Part shown: piece by piece, positions 56,196-64,000 of the stretch
Numbering within the stretch: the stretch's first letter is position 1
Layout: the number at the start of each line of letters is the position of its first letter
From: an uncultured Clostridia bacterium
GTDB taxonomy: Bacteria > Bacillota > Clostridia > Peptostreptococcales > Anaerovoracaceae
Reading direction: 5' to 3'
NCBI GenBank assembly: GCA_945830395.1
Contig: CALZYE010000005.1
Location: 19,601-83,600 of the forward strand
DNA: 64,000 bases
The notes under the pieces: model-generated
The model's database searches: none
Seen by the model: the letters and a program-made list of their open reading frames with translations, nothing else
Told to the model about the DNA's origin: nothing
Translations under genes and position numbers: made by a program

Positions 56196-56895
56196 TTCTG
56201 TAGCCCTTTCCCCAAACCGTTTGAATTATCTTGGGTTTATTTACATCCTCCTCAAGTTTTTTTCTCAAGTTCAAAATATGCACCATGATGGTATTGCTTC
56301 CGGATGGAAGATATTTCTCTCCCCACACATCCTCATACAGGTCTCTGTTCTGAACAATATCTCCTCTGTGGTCCATAAAATATTGCAATATATCAAATTC
56401 TTTATCTGTCAGGTTTATTCGTTTATCCTCTTTATATACCAACCTCTTCTTGATGTCCACCATAACATTGTCAGAAAGCTTCTTGGTGTTCTCCGACTCT
56501 TTTCCGCCCGGTACATCGTATTGTTTATGTCTGCGAAGCAAAGACGCCACCTTTAAAACAAGTTCCGTATGAGAAAATGGTTTGACTAAAAAATCATCTC
56601 CCCCGCTTGTATACGCCTCTACCATATCCTTATCCTGAGATTTTGCTGTAAGGAACAAAATAGGAATTTGTGACTTCTCTCTAACCTTACGACAAACCTC
56701 AACCCCGTTCATCTCAGGCATCATTATATCCAAAATCATCATGTCAAAAGCGTTTTCCTCGTCAAAAAGCTTTTCTATCGCTATTTTGCCATTCTCAGCC
56801 TCTTCAATTCTATAATCTTCGCTTCGTAATAGAACCGAAATAACCTCTCTGATATCGGGATTATCATCGACAATTAAAATTTTATCTAAAGCCAT
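56188..56895 (-). CDS. OmpR-family response regulator
   Basis: ILDIMMP, LTAK, DD.L.KPF, TVWGKGY. Confidence 0.96.
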   Translation of the reverse strand: MALDKILIVDDNPDIREVISVLLRSEDYRIEEAENGKIAIEKLFDEENAFDMMILDIMMPEMNGVEVCRKVREKSQIPILFLTAKSQDKDMVEAYTSGGDDFLVKPFSHTELVLKVASLLRRHKQYDVPGGKESENTKKLSDNVMVDIKKRLVYKEDKRINLTDKEFDILQYFMDHRGDIVQNRDLYEDVWGEKYLPSGSNTIMVHILNLRKKLEEDVNKPKIIQTVWGKGYRIE

Positions 56896-56978
56896 ATCTC
56901 CACCTCAACTTCGTGTTTTCTCTATTTTATACCGTAAATAACCCTTTTAACAGATATATATGCAATAATTAAGAATAA

Positions 56979-58187
56979 TTAAGAATTATGCCCTCTTTTC
57001 ACTTCCTTAACCTTATCGACGGTGCAGAAAACTATAACGGTTCCGATAGCCGCAGAAATGACAGAAACCAGTGTAACGGCAGATGCGCCGCTGACATCCA
57101 GAATTATTCCTCCTCCAAGGCTCGCTGCAACTGCACTTATGGTCACCATAGTAGTATACAAAGACTGACCTTTAACCGCTTCTCCCCTATGCATAACCCG
57201 GTTTATATATTTGACCATGGCAGGCAAAAAGAGGGCAAAGCTTATAAGCTGTAAAAAGTGAGCTGCAAATATCATTTTAACCGATTCAGCCATAAACACC
57301 GCGCCAATCTTGAGCAGAAATCCTACCGACGCGACTTTCAAAAGGGTTTCACAAGAAATTCTTCTATTTATCCAGTCAAAGCAGAACATCGTAGGAATCT
57401 CACAAAATGCCATCAAAGAAAAAATCTCTCCCATGTCCTTGCTGCTGCCTCCCACATTCTGCACAATCTGAAGCATAAAGCTGTTTAAAACCTGGTTATT
57501 TATGAAAAGAAAGAAAACTCCCACATTCAGTACCATAAAAAGTCTGTTGGACTTTATGAATTCAATAAGGTTTATGCTTTCCCTGTCCCTCTGTCTTCTA
57601 CCTTGTCCCGGACTCTTTTCTTCAATTTTCCCGAAGGTTTTCACGGTTAAAAAAATACTGACCAAAAGGAGAATCATCACAACTTCTGCCGTTACAGGGA
57701 GTATATCGGAACCGTATTTTTCTACAAACAGCCCTAAAAATGCACACAAAATTGAGTATGCCAATGAGCCTCCGCATCTGCACATCCCGAAATTCATCCG
57801 GACTCCACACTCTTCCAGCTTAAAATTCAAGGCGTTTATCAGCGGCTGAAGAACCGTATGAAATGCCAAAAGCAATATATAGATTACAAAAAGACCTGTT
57901 GAGGCACCTTCTACAAACATCAAAAACACTGTGAGGCTCATCAGTCCCACAGTTATTATTCCAATTATTTTTTCCAGCGTAAACCTCACTGACCTGTCGG
58001 CTACATCTGCAAGCACCGGTTGAATGAAAACGGCAAGAACATTTGCAACTGCCATAACTATACCGATCTCAGAGTTTGAATAACCTCTGTCCAGTAAATA
58101 GACCGATGCAAAACTGGAAATGACTCCGTAAATCATCCAGTAAAATCCGTGTATGCTTCCATACTCAATATTCAATAACTTCTTCAT
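56979..58187 (-). CDS. MFS transporter
   Basis: About 12 TM segments; G.LAD motif. Confidence 0.85.
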   Translation of the reverse strand: MKKLLNIEYGSIHGFYWMIYGVISSFASVYLLDRGYSNSEIGIVMAVANVLAVFIQPVLADVADRSVRFTLEKIIGIITVGLMSLTVFLMFVEGASTGLFVIYILLLAFHTVLQPLINALNFKLEECGVRMNFGMCRCGGSLAYSILCAFLGLFVEKYGSDILPVTAEVVMILLLVSIFLTVKTFGKIEEKSPGQGRRQRDRESINLIEFIKSNRLFMVLNVGVFFLFINNQVLNSFMLQIVQNVGGSSKDMGEIFSLMAFCEIPTMFCFDWINRRISCETLLKVASVGFLLKIGAVFMAESVKMIFAAHFLQLISFALFLPAMVKYINRVMHRGEAVKGQSLYTTMVTISAVAASLGGGIILDVSGASAVTLVSVISAAIGTVIVFCTVDKVKEVKRGHNS

Positions 58188-58274
58188 TATCCTTCATTCT
58201 TTTTCATTTTCTCTCACTTTTTGCCACTTTTTCTCGTAAAAATATTCTTATGATCTGCGAGCCTTTATCCGGAC

Positions 58275-58934
58275 TCAAATAAACTTAAAATTCTTCAAAG
58301 TATAGAGGTAATAGTCTACCAGTTCTTTCATCTCTCTTTCATCCTTTGCACTGACTTCATCGTATATTCCCACCGTTCCAAACCCGAATTTTCGGGCAGT
58401 TTTAGCGGCATAAAGCCCGTCTTCAAATACCCATGTATTTTCTATCTTTGTCCCCATCTTCTCTGCGGCAATAAAAAACATGTCCGGCTCCTCTTTGGTC
58501 TTTCCTACCTCAGATGCCGTGTAAATTTCCGTGAAGTAATCTAAGACACCCAGTCTTTCAAAGGCAGCGACGATGAAAGGTCTGTGGGTGGAGGTTGCGA
58601 TAGTCATGGGGATTTTCTCCTTCCGTATGGCATCCAGAAGTTCTTTCGCCCCCGGCTTAAAATCCGCCTCCTCTCTGTATGCGTGGGCAACCTGGTTGTT
58701 GATTCCCTCTGCAACCTGTTTCACCGTCATATCAAGCCCATATTCTTTTATAATATATTTTGCTCCGGTTTCCACAGTTTCCGTAAACAACCTGTCCCCC
58801 AAGCCTTCTTCCGCTTCGATTCCAAGTGTTGCCAAAAATCTGGCTCCTGCATCATGCCAAACCGGCATAGTGTCCAAAAGCGTTCCGTCTACATCAAAAA
58901 TTATTCCTTCTACTTTTCTGCCGAAATGTTCCAT
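58275..58934 (-). CDS. HAD-family phosphatase
   Basis: FDVDGTLLDT, K.EPD, FED. Confidence 0.92.
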   Translation of the reverse strand: MEHFGRKVEGIIFDVDGTLLDTMPVWHDAGARFLATLGIEAEEGLGDRLFTETVETGAKYIIKEYGLDMTVKQVAEGINNQVAHAYREEADFKPGAKELLDAIRKEKIPMTIATSTHRPFIVAAFERLGVLDYFTEIYTASEVGKTKEEPDMFFIAAEKMGTKIENTWVFEDGLYAAKTARKFGFGTVGIYDEVSAKDEREMKELVDYYLYTLKNFKFI

Positions 58935-58993
58935 GTTTCCTGCCTTTTAAATTCTATCTTCATCTTTTACAATTCTCTCTGCATCCATACCGC

Positions 58994-59539
58994 TTAAACC
59001 TTGTAAGTCTTGTATTTCTTATTGCTCTCAAGGTCAAGCCACTTAAATTCTCCATTTTCCACTATCATATAGCTGTGGCAGCTTCCTTCCTTCGGGATAG
59101 AAGTGGAACCCGGGTTCATATACACATAGTTTTCATGCTCTATACATGAAGGAATATGTGTATGCCCGTTGAGTAAAACCGTCCCTTTCGCCATAGGAGG
59201 CAAATTTTCCTGATTATATAAATGTCCGTGAGTGGCAAATATGGTAATTTCCCTCAGTTCTATCAAAGCATAGTCAGCAAGCACCGGAAAGCTCAAAACC
59301 ATCTGATCAACCTCCGCCTCACAGTTTCCCCTAACTGCCAGAATTTTGTCAGCAATAGGATTTAGCATAGAAATAACCGCCTTAGGGTTATATTCCTTAG
59401 GCAAATCATTTCTCGGCCCGTGATATAACAAATCTCCCAGAAGCAGAAGTTTATCAGATCCGGAATTTTCAAAAGCCCTTAGTGCAAGCCTGCAATAATA
59501 TTCGCTGCCATGTATGTCAGATGCAATCATTAATTTCAT
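58994..59539 (-). CDS. YfcE-like metallophosphoesterase
   Basis: SDIHG, GDLLYHGPRN, RGNC, GHTH, NPGS. Confidence 0.92.
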   Translation of the reverse strand: MKLMIASDIHGSEYYCRLALRAFENSGSDKLLLLGDLLYHGPRNDLPKEYNPKAVISMLNPIADKILAVRGNCEAEVDQMVLSFPVLADYALIELREITIFATHGHLYNQENLPPMAKGTVLLNGHTHIPSCIEHENYVYMNPGSTSIPKEGSCHSYMIVENGEFKWLDLESNKKYKTYKV

Positions 59540-59570
59540 ACTGCTTTCTCCGCCTTTTCGCTTAAATCTT

Positions 59571-59774
59571 CTAAATAAATTGGTTCACATATACGCTTAT
59601 GCCTTCGCCGCTGTGGAAGACCACCACATACCAACGCTTTCCTATATGTGTTGCGTCCATTCCATTATCTCTGATGGCCTTGACATCTTCCGATTTTTGA
59701 ATTTCATCGAGAATTTTTTTGTCTATTACCTTACCGTCCAGCTTTATTATTTCCTGTCTAATCATAATATACAC
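59571..59774 (-). CDS. Small hypothetical protein
   Basis: 67-aa ORF with RBS (GAGAGG). Confidence 0.55.
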   Translation of the reverse strand: MYIMIRQEIIKLDGKVIDKKILDEIQKSEDVKAIRDNGMDATHIGKRWYVVVFHSGEGISVYVNQFI

Positions 59775-59919
59775 CTCTCATTATCTTTGACAAATTATAA
59801 CACAATAGACCCTCTACTTCAATGACGGCACATCCGCACACAAAAAAGAGACATCATCCGAAAGGAGTATGTCTCTTCTGTTTTTAATAATTTGTTCTGT
59901 AAACTGAAAGGACGCTCTC

Positions 59920-60312
59920 TTATCTCTTGGAGAACTGTGAAGCCTTACGAGCTTTTTTAAGTCCGTATTTCTTTCTTTCCTTCATTCTTGGGTCTCTCGT
60001 TAAGAAACCCGCAAGCTTGAGAGCTTTCTTGTAACCTTCTGTTTCTGTTGCAACTAAAGCCCTTGAAATTCCGTGTCTGAGCGCACCTGCCTGACCTGTA
60101 AGACCACCGCCGTGAACCAAAGCGATTACATCGTACTTGCCTTCAGCTCCTACAACTGTAAGAGGTCTCATAACCTCTCGTCTCAGCAAATCTGCCGGGA
60201 AATAATCATTAAGCTCTTTCTTGTTGATAATTACTTTTCCGGTACCAGGGAGCAGTCTAACTCTGGCAACGGAAGATTTTCTTCTGCCTGTACCACTATA
60301 CTGTGTAGCCAT
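59920..60312 (-). CDS. rpsI: 30S ribosomal protein S9
   Basis: [11 protein letters not shown]...[18 protein letters not shown]. Confidence 0.98.
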   Translation of the reverse strand: MATQYSGTGRRKSSVARVRLLPGTGKVIINKKELNDYFPADLLRREVMRPLTVVGAEGKYDVIALVHGGGLTGQAGALRHGISRALVATETEGYKKALKLAGFLTRDPRMKERKKYGLKKARKASQFSKR

Positions 60313-60331
60313 GTTCTATTCCTCCCTTTCC

Positions 60332-60760
60332 TTAAAATTCCAATACTTCCGGTTTCTGTGCAGCATGCTTGTGCTCAGGACCTGTGTAAACATGTAACTT
60401 CTTAAACATCTGTCTGCCGAGTTTTCCGTCAGGAAGCATTCCCTTCACTGCGTGACGAACGATTTCTTCCGGCTTCTTTGCAAGTAATTCTTCAAATGTC
60501 ATTTCTTTTCTTCCGCCCGGGAATCCTGAGTAAGAAACATAAGTCTTTTCTTTTCTCTTCTTTCCTGTTACGCTGACCTTTTCGGCGTTGATAACGATTA
60601 CATTATCTCCGCAGTCAACATGCGGTGTGTAAGTCGGCTTGTTTTTTCCTCTCAGGACTGTGGCAATTTCTGAAGCCATTCTGCCCAAAGTTTTGCCCTC
60701 TGCATCTACAACATACCATTTGCGCTGTACTTCTGCAGGTTTTGCAATATAAGATTTCAT
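60332..60760 (-). CDS. rplM: 50S ribosomal protein L13
   Basis: [27 protein letters not shown]. Confidence 0.98.
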   Translation of the reverse strand: MKSYIAKPAEVQRKWYVVDAEGKTLGRMASEIATVLRGKNKPTYTPHVDCGDNVIVINAEKVSVTGKKRKEKTYVSYSGFPGGRKEMTFEELLAKKPEEIVRHAVKGMLPDGKLGRQMFKKLHVYTGPEHKHAAQKPEVLEF

Positions 60761-60944
60761 TTTCTTTCCTTTCTACCTACTGGGAATCCCTAAAATCGAG
60801 GCGCCGCACCTTCACGAAGCCCTCCGAAAGTCACGGAATTCTTTTTCGGTTCTGCCTACTGAGATTGAAAATCTGAAAATCAATCCTGGTCGGCATTACT
60901 AAAATATTTTTAGCTCGTTAGGCTGCCGGTTAAACCTGCCCACG

Positions 60945-61007
60945 AAAAAACCTTGCACCAATCCGCGGTGCAAGGTTTATTATACTCTTTTATTTCTGCA
61001 AATGCAA
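60945..61007 (-). promoter_or_regulatory. SigA promoter overlapping an intrinsic terminator, upstream of rplM
   Basis: TTGCAT (61007-61002)-17-TATAAT (60984-60979); hairpin CCTTGCACC/GGTGCAAGG with a U-tract. Confidence 0.65.
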
Positions 61008-61008
61008 G

Positions 61009-61452
61009 CTATTTATTCCTTTCAACAGCTTCATAAACTCTAATGGAAGGATTCTTCTCTTTTCCCAATTTTAGTATATCGTTCATATCCTCTTCGGTAA
61101 AAAGAAATTTCCTGGTTCTGTCATCCTTTGTAAAATATATTCGCCAAAGATCCGGTGTGTTTTCATCCTTTTGCCATGTAAGAGAAAACATATCCTCCCA
61201 CTTCCAAAGTTCCCTGTGCGTGGCAACCCTCATATCATAGTGAACCAAAAGTCCCTCGGAAGAAACAGTCACCGTTTTTTTGAGCAACGCACTTAAGATG
61301 AGAAGGGTTCCAAAGACTATTGCTATAATGTTAAACTTAATATGACCTGTAAGACCTGTACCGAAAAATATCAGCACCGCGCCTACCAAAACAATTCCTA
61401 TCTTCACTTCTTTCTTGTGCGTATCTAAATTAAGCGCTCTATATTCCATCAA
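61009..61452 (-). CDS. Hypothetical membrane protein (two TM plus PH-like tail)
   Basis: Two hydrophobic segments followed by a beta-rich domain. Confidence 0.65.
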   Translation of the reverse strand: MMEYRALNLDTHKKEVKIGIVLVGAVLIFFGTGLTGHIKFNIIAIVFGTLLILSALLKKTVTVSSEGLLVHYDMRVATHRELWKWEDMFSLTWQKDENTPDLWRIYFTKDDRTRKFLFTEEDMNDILKLGKEKNPSIRVYEAVERNK

Positions 61453-61466
61453 AATTCCCTATGCCT

Positions 61467-62990
61467 TTATGCGTTAATCTGAGGAACTTTTCCTTCAGCT
61501 CTAAGGCGTTCAAGGTTTGCAACTGCAATCTTGTGAGCTTCTTCAGGGCAGCCTGCAGGTTTTCCCGCTTTTGTCCTTCCGAACAGGTTGGTGTACGAAC
61601 CGTCAGCCCAGAAAATGTTTCTGCCCAAGAATGCTGTAATTGCTGCATAAATAGGGTTAATTAGATTTACAAATGCAAATGGGAAGTATACAAACGGGTG
61701 AACTCCCAATGTTGAATACTGGTAAGCGCCGCATCCTGTCCATGGGAACATAACTGCCCAAAGCGTACCTGCATCTTCCAGTGTACGGGACATCATATTG
61801 CGTCCCAGTCCCAGTTCATCATATTTATCAACATATAACGGTGCAGGAACTCCGATTCCAAGGAACTGATCTCCCATAGCAGCATCGCAGAACAACGATG
61901 TAAGCAGTGTTGCAAGAACCAGGCTTCCAACCTTGTGCAGCTTGTTCTTCAGCTTTCCGAACAGAGCTTCTACACATCCGCAGCGCTCCAAAGCTCCACC
62001 GTAAGCAACTGCAAGAAGAATCAGGTTGATTGTCCACATCTGGTGATCCATACCGCCTTTTTTCAAAATTCCGTCCAAATACTGATTTCCCGTTTCAAAA
62101 CTTGGTCCGTAGTGAAGCATGTTGAATATATCGGTCATTCCCAGTCCCTTCTGGAAAACTACGGCAAACACAACTCCTGTAAATACAGAAATCGCAATAC
62201 CGACAAGTCCCGGCAGCTTCATGACACAAACAACTATTACCACCAGAATAGGAAGCATAACAAGCGGATTTACATTGAAAGTCTTTTCAATTGTAGTTCT
62301 CATTGCCTCTGCGATACTTGGATCGTAAGAGCTTGGGTCAACATTAAGACCGATTATAGTGTAAATAATCATTGCAATCAGAAATGTAGGACCCGTCGTT
62401 GAAGTCATCGCCATAACATGGTCGAATAATCCTGTTTCTGAAACTGCTGCCGCCAAGTTTGTTGTATCTGACAGAGGGGAGAACTTATCCCCTACATACG
62501 CACCTGAAATAATCATTCCCGCTGTGATGGCCGGTGAAATTCCCAGTCCCTGTCCGATAGCCAAGAACGCAATACCTACAGTGGCGGTTGTGGTCCATGA
62601 AGAACCGCAGGCAAGCCCTACGATTGCACAGATAACGCATCCTATAGGCAAAAATAGTTTAGGTGTAAGAATTTCCAATCCATAGTAAATCAGGGTCGGA
62701 ATAGTTCCTGAAATCATAAATGACGATACCAAAATACCTACCGTGCACAAAATCAAAATGGCTTCCATAGTGGCATTCAGTCTCTCAAGCATTCCCGCCA
62801 GCATATCATTAAAGCTGTGTCCGTGTAAGTAGCCGACTATACATGCTACTACGATTGCAACTACAAGCGGCATGTGAGCATCATGATAGTCTTTTCCCCC
62901 TACTAAGCCGTACAGCATAAGCCCCATCATTACGATGACGGGAATCAACGCTACAAAGAAATTAGGGATTCTTACTTGTCTTTTCTCCAT
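61467..62990 (-). CDS. nhaC: NhaC-family Na+/H+ antiporter / amino-acid transporter
   Basis: GSSWTT..TVG, GDK.SPLSDTTNLA, LED.GT. Confidence 0.9.
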   Translation of the reverse strand: MEKRQVRIPNFFVALIPVIVMMGLMLYGLVGGKDYHDAHMPLVVAIVVACIVGYLHGHSFNDMLAGMLERLNATMEAILILCTVGILVSSFMISGTIPTLIYYGLEILTPKLFLPIGCVICAIVGLACGSSWTTTATVGIAFLAIGQGLGISPAITAGMIISGAYVGDKFSPLSDTTNLAAAVSETGLFDHVMAMTSTTGPTFLIAMIIYTIIGLNVDPSSYDPSIAEAMRTTIEKTFNVNPLVMLPILVVIVVCVMKLPGLVGIAISVFTGVVFAVVFQKGLGMTDIFNMLHYGPSFETGNQYLDGILKKGGMDHQMWTINLILLAVAYGGALERCGCVEALFGKLKNKLHKVGSLVLATLLTSLFCDAAMGDQFLGIGVPAPLYVDKYDELGLGRNMMSRTLEDAGTLWAVMFPWTGCGAYQYSTLGVHPFVYFPFAFVNLINPIYAAITAFLGRNIFWADGSYTNLFGRTKAGKPAGCPEEAHKIAVANLERLRAEGKVPQINA

Positions 62991-63175
62991 CGTTTCCTCC
63001 TAACTCATAACAAAAAATAAATAATTTCGGTAATCTATACTCTAACACATCATCACACTAAAGTCAAACACTTTCAGTTCTTTATCACATTAAAATAAAT
63101 GCCAAAGCAATTTTATTTCTAACATTGAAACAATTATTAAAAGCTTGCTTCTCCGGCTCGTATTTTCAATCCGTG

Positions 63176-63211
63176 TGAAAAAGAAAACCTAGAACATTCA
63201 GTTGCTCTAGG
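63176..63211 (-). terminator. Terminator of the raiA-motif RNA
   Basis: CCTAGAGC...GTTCTAGG-TTTTCTTTTT. Confidence 0.75.
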
Positions 63212-63215
63212 CGGA

Positions 63216-63378
63216 TTTTCAAGCTGACCTGGTTTTTGCCCCCACACTTGCCTTTACCGAGATTTTCCCGAGGACTTACTTCTAGAGTGCGCCATGATAG
63301 TCGCAGCGATTCGCTTGCGGTTTACGTGGATCCTTTCGTCCGCACCTGACTTGGATTTTCAACCACAGACCTTGAAAA
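63216..63378 (-). ncRNA. raiA-motif RNA, compact variant (163 nt)
   Basis: Conserved blocks GGTCTGTGGTTGAAA, GATCCACGTAA, CATGG, AGAAGTAAGTCCT, AGTGTGGGG, ACCAGGTCA; closing stem TTTTCAAG/CTTGAAAA. Confidence 0.85.
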
Positions 63379-63387
63379 CTTGCTTGT

Positions 63388-63416
63388 ATTATAGCAATTA
63401 GCTATATGTTAATCAA
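63388..63416 (-). promoter_or_regulatory. SigA promoter of the raiA-motif RNA
   Basis: TTGATT-17 bp-TATAAT. Confidence 0.75.
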
Positions 63417-63466
63417 GTACAACTATATATTTTGTTGTTAATTTATGAAAATTCCACCCTATAAGC

Positions 63467-63491
63467 TAATCAGTGAAAATTTCACTGATTA
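63467..63491. repeat. Perfect 12-bp inverted repeat (operator-like)
   Basis: TAATCAGTGAAA-A-TTTCACTGATTA. Confidence 0.7.
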
Positions 63492-63806
63492 ACCGTCCAG
63501 CAAATTCTAAATATTGACATTTTTATGGTGTGTTATAGTATATCGGTTTATTAACATTGATGTTTCTTGATTTGTTATTCGACCAAAAAATAAATATATT
63601 AGCAGATTTAATTATAGTATTAGTTGTAGTATCCGGTATTTTTCTACTTCAAATTAATGCTTCTAAAAACCGTAATTGATAATATTTGTTTACCAAACCG
63701 CGTTAAGTATGAAGGGGCTGTTTTGCAAAGCAGCCCCTTTATATGCAATAACCTGTATTATAAAATTTGGGACCGTGAAAAATTTTCTGTAAATGAGATT
63801 TCCGCT

Positions 63807-64000
63807 TTATTTCCGCCCAAATTTGATTTGATTTTCAGCTTCTCTTTCCACTGCCCCGGCCATATCAAAGGCATCCACAAGATTTTCGCCGACTGCTGCC
63901 ATTCCGTGATGTGCCATTATAACGGCGGAAGAGTCCCCCAAAGCCTCAGCCACCTTTATCGCAAGCTCGTGCGTGCCTGCTGAAGCATACTCTGAAATAC
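63807..64000 (-). CDS. Class II aldolase/adducin-family protein, C-terminal end (enters from the right edge)
   Basis: Manual translation ..EYASAGTHELA.KVAEALG...VIMAHHGMAAVG.NL.DAF; terminator near 63713-63742. Confidence 0.8.
   Translation of the reverse strand, partial: ISEYASAGTHELAIKVAEALGDSSAVIMAHHGMAAVGENLVDAFDMAGAVEREAENQIKFGRK

Noticed and set aside
63657-63983. 108-aa plus-strand ORF
   Set aside because: The real coding frame is the minus-strand class II aldolase tail; this ORF also crosses its terminator

Overview
The window comes from an anaerobic Firmicute (Clostridia; an Anaerovoracaceae/Eubacterium-like host is a guess from gene content). It has three parts. (1) 1-20251 is the right-hand ~20 kb of a temperate siphovirus-type prophage. 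It carries tail and head genes, terminase, HNH, and an early region whose only candidate initiator is an HUH rolling-circle Rep. It also has three 51-aa ribbon-helix-helix genes, cro/cI, a lipoprotein, an Abi (AbiD/F-group HEPN) gene with a structured leader, and a tyrosine integrase, ending at a duplicated 3' half of tRNA-Arg(CCT). A ~50-70 nt element occurs three times, once after each of cI, the lipoprotein and Abi; its hairpin pairs well only on the antisense strand. (2) Host genes: radical SAM, CoA-transferase with a Rex box, purB-purA-alr, a histidine-utilisation cluster, an L,D-transpeptidase, rpsF-ssb-rpsR, transporters, a two-component system, rplM-rpsI and nhaC. A compact, free-standing raiA-motif ncRNA lies at 63216-63378. 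(3) ~48100-53780 is a decayed, layered island beside tRNA-Lys(CTT). It holds an XRE regulator, a DNA methyltransferase apparently split in two, a phage head-module relic (toxin-like C-terminus, convergent hairpin RNA, atypical tRNA-His, Prp fragment), ACT and nitrilase cargo, an intact MOBQ-type oriT and a truncated relaxase. All family assignments come from motif recognition; no searches were run.
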